This document shows positions 61,910 to 64,000 of a DNA stretch of 64,000 nucleotides, piece after piece (position 1 is the stretch's first letter; each line of letters opens with the position of its first letter). The stretch spans positions 2,304,001 through 2,368,000 of the forward strand of contig OZ218778.1 of assembly GCA_965112635.1 (NCBI GenBank), given 5' to 3'. This DNA comes from an uncultured bacterium. GTDB lineage: Bacteria; Oederibacteriota; Oederibacteriia; Oederibacteriales; Oederibacteriaceae. The translations under genes and the position numbers were made by a program. Under the pieces are notes generated by a model that searched no databases, was not told where the DNA came from, and saw nothing but the letters and a program-made list of their open reading frames with translations.

Positions 61910-63265
61910 TCAAAGAACCTGTAATTCGGAGATGAATTTTCCTCTTAAACTCCACGCAAAAACTTGTGAAACCTGCACAAGGGCTGTCTTTGAAATCAGG
62001 TGGACAGGCCCCTCAAAAATGAGTTCTTTGAAGGTCCGGGTGCGCCCAACAAGAGGGCTCCGTAAGGGATCTGGGGTCCCGCGGTGATTTGCCACGACCC
62101 TCTCGACCAGCACCTCTTCCTTTGTCCCTAATAACTTTTTATTCTTGGCGACAAGAATTTTTTCTAAAGTCTCGTTCACAACCCTTAATCTGCGTTTTTT
62201 TGTTTCATTGTTCACGTCGTCCGGAAGTGTCGCAGCCGACGCTTGGGGTCTGGCCGAATATTTGAATGTATAAGCATTATCAAATCGCACTTTCTCTATG
62301 AGCATGACTGTATCGGAAAAATCTTTCTCGGTTTCACCAGGGAAACCAACAATGATATCTGTCGTTACCGAGGCGCGGGGTATAATCGTTCTCAGAGAGG
62401 CTATTTTGTCCAGATAGGCTTCCCTAGTATATCCCCGGTTCATAGCCTTTAATATTTTATTGCTTCCTGATTGCACAGGCAGATGAAAATGTTCACAGAC
62501 TTTATCAAGGGTTTTGACTTTTTCAAAAAATTCCTTGGACGCAAATACTGGATTAGGACTGCTGAATCTTATTCTTAGCAGACCCTTAATGCCTTGCAAT
62601 GCTTCCAAAAGGTCAATAAAACGTACAGGGGGGCTCAAATCCAACCCATAGGCATTAACGGTCTGTCCCAATAAGGTGATTTCTTTATATCCACGCAGCG
62701 CCAGGTCAGTGACTTCCTGAATGATATTGGACAAAGAGCGGCTTCTTTGTGCCCCGCGGGTAAAAGGCACTACGCAATAGGAACAGGACAGGTTGCAACC
62801 CTCCATAATGGTCACAAGGGCCTTAAAATTATGGGCCCTAAATTGGGAGTTATAAATAACCCTACTAACACCCGGCTCGATTTCCACGAGATGCTTCTTG
62901 CCGGTTCTGATGCGTCCCAACACCTCAGGAAAACGCCCAAAAGCCTGACTACCCACTAAAAAATCAATTTGGGGTGCGCCTGCAAACATCTTTTCCCTGT
63001 ATAGCTGAGGCATACAACCACAAACCCCGATTTGCCTCCCTTTCTTTTTTTTCTTCCAGTCTTTAAGTCTCCCCAAGAGGCTGGATACGCGGTGTTCGGC
63101 ATGATGACGGATACTGCAGGTATTGATGACGACTATATCCGCCTCGGGAAGATTTTCCGTGATGTCGTACCCGTCTTTCAGTAAACCGTCGACAATAATT
63201 TCAGAATCACGAAAATTCATTTGGCAACCAAAAGTGATTACTTTGGCAGCTCTCTGCTGCATCAT
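61910..63265 (-). CDS. miaB: tRNA-i6A37 methylthiotransferase
   Basis: TFGCQMN, NTCSIR, GCNLSCSYCVVP, HLPVQSGS, DIIVGFPGET, TRAM domain; start set at ATG 63265 (track start 63337). Confidence 0.95.
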   Translation of the reverse strand: MMQQRAAKVITFGCQMNFRDSEIIVDGLLKDGYDITENLPEADIVVINTCSIRHHAEHRVSSLLGRLKDWKKKKKGRQIGVCGCMPQLYREKMFAGAPQIDFLVGSQAFGRFPEVLGRIRTGKKHLVEIEPGVSRVIYNSQFRAHNFKALVTIMEGCNLSCSYCVVPFTRGAQRSRSLSNIIQEVTDLALRGYKEITLLGQTVNAYGLDLSPPVRFIDLLEALQGIKGLLRIRFSSPNPVFASKEFFEKVKTLDKVCEHFHLPVQSGSNKILKAMNRGYTREAYLDKIASLRTIIPRASVTTDIIVGFPGETEKDFSDTVMLIEKVRFDNAYTFKYSARPQASAATLPDDVNNETKKRRLRVVNETLEKILVAKNKKLLGTKEEVLVERVVANHRGTPDPLRSPLVGRTRTFKELIFEGPVHLISKTALVQVSQVFAWSLRGKFISELQVL

Positions 63266-63275
63266 GGTCACGATA

Positions 63276-63902
63276 TTATTTTCCCCCGGCCTGCAGATCT
63301 TGAAGGATCTTTTGGGCCCCCTCATTGAGCGGGTCAATGGCTAAAGCCCGCTGAACAGATTTTAAGGACAGTTCTTTCTTGCCCCTGGCAAAGAATATCA
63401 AGGCTGCCTCTGAATAATATTTCCGGGCCTCCTCATTTCTACCAATATTCTCTAGAAACTCGGCAAATCGCCATATAAACTCTGCCGACTGGGGAGATAG
63501 TTCCAACCCCTCCCTAAAATACTTTTCGGCTTTTTCGTTTTCTTGAGCCTCGATCGCCTCAAGGGCAAGGGCAATTTTTGTAATAGCTTCCTGTCTTTTT
63601 TTCAATTCGCGGTCCGCGCCAGTCAAGTCTAATCGGGAGGCTTTTTTGTAGAGATTACCGGATTTCATTGCGTTTCCTTGTTCTTCATAACCCATAGCTG
63701 CTGCAATAAATTGAACAAAGGCCTCAATAAAAAGACCCCTTTTTGCGTACATTTCACCCAAAGCATTGATGGCATTATAATCATGGGGATCCAGTTTAAC
63801 TATTTTTTCATAGGCCTCCATGGCTTTGACCCATTTACCCTCTTGACTGTAAAGAAAGGCACTTTTTACCAAGTCTCTTTTATCTTCTTGAAAATCCAGC
63901 AT
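63276..63902 (-). CDS. short TPR protein, paralog of the N-terminus of 41873-43939
   Basis: EDKRDLVKSAFLYSQEGKWVKAMEAYEKIV aligns without gaps to EDKKTIVKMAFVYFQEGRWDKAIAEYKKLL. Confidence 0.82.
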   Translation of the reverse strand: MLDFQEDKRDLVKSAFLYSQEGKWVKAMEAYEKIVKLDPHDYNAINALGEMYAKRGLFIEAFVQFIAAAMGYEEQGNAMKSGNLYKKASRLDLTGADRELKKRQEAITKIALALEAIEAQENEKAEKYFREGLELSPQSAEFIWRFAEFLENIGRNEEARKYYSEAALIFFARGKKELSLKSVQRALAIDPLNEGAQKILQDLQAGGK

Positions 63903-64000
63903 TATTTTCCCTTGTAAAATAAGAATGACTGCAATTGCTGTTTCTCCGCAAATATTATACTCTATATCAATATTTTAAGGAAAAGGTGATTAGCGTTATG

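Overview
Gene-dense bacterial chromosomal window, mostly on the minus strand. No tRNA, rRNA, CRISPR array, transposase or phage gene was recognised. Housekeeping blocks: the DapL-type lysine operon (lysA-dapF-dapA-dapB-dapL, truncated at the left edge), purN-purH-purD-purE-sua5-rpiB-glyA-wecA-DUF1844-GT39-wecB, purB-purS-purL-purQ-purF-purM, glyQ-glyS-nagA, rny-ymdB, class II nrdJ with tandem NrdR boxes, rplU-rpmA-obgE, miaB and mnmA. A PorV-family barrel and an AsmA/TamB-like giant indicate a diderm; the gene mix suggests a poorly sampled lineage (inference). The best candidate for an undescribed system is a tightly spaced six-gene unit at 46.9-52.2 kb: RuBisCO-like protein (form IV), UroD/MtaA-like barrel, TatD-linked-type radical SAM without TatD, ThiO-like oxidase without thiG/thiS, membrane-anchored rhodanese and MauE/DoxX protein. 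Also notable: an SgmX-like TPR + ExeA ATPase pair with a short TPR paralog, two PilZ proteins, two paralogous GT-C glycosyltransferases, a DUF362/MFS unit, an unannotated 52-codon ORF coupled to purD, and a long rny leader. Family calls rest on motif recognition by eye; several start codons were adjusted from the ORF track using RBS or overlap evidence.
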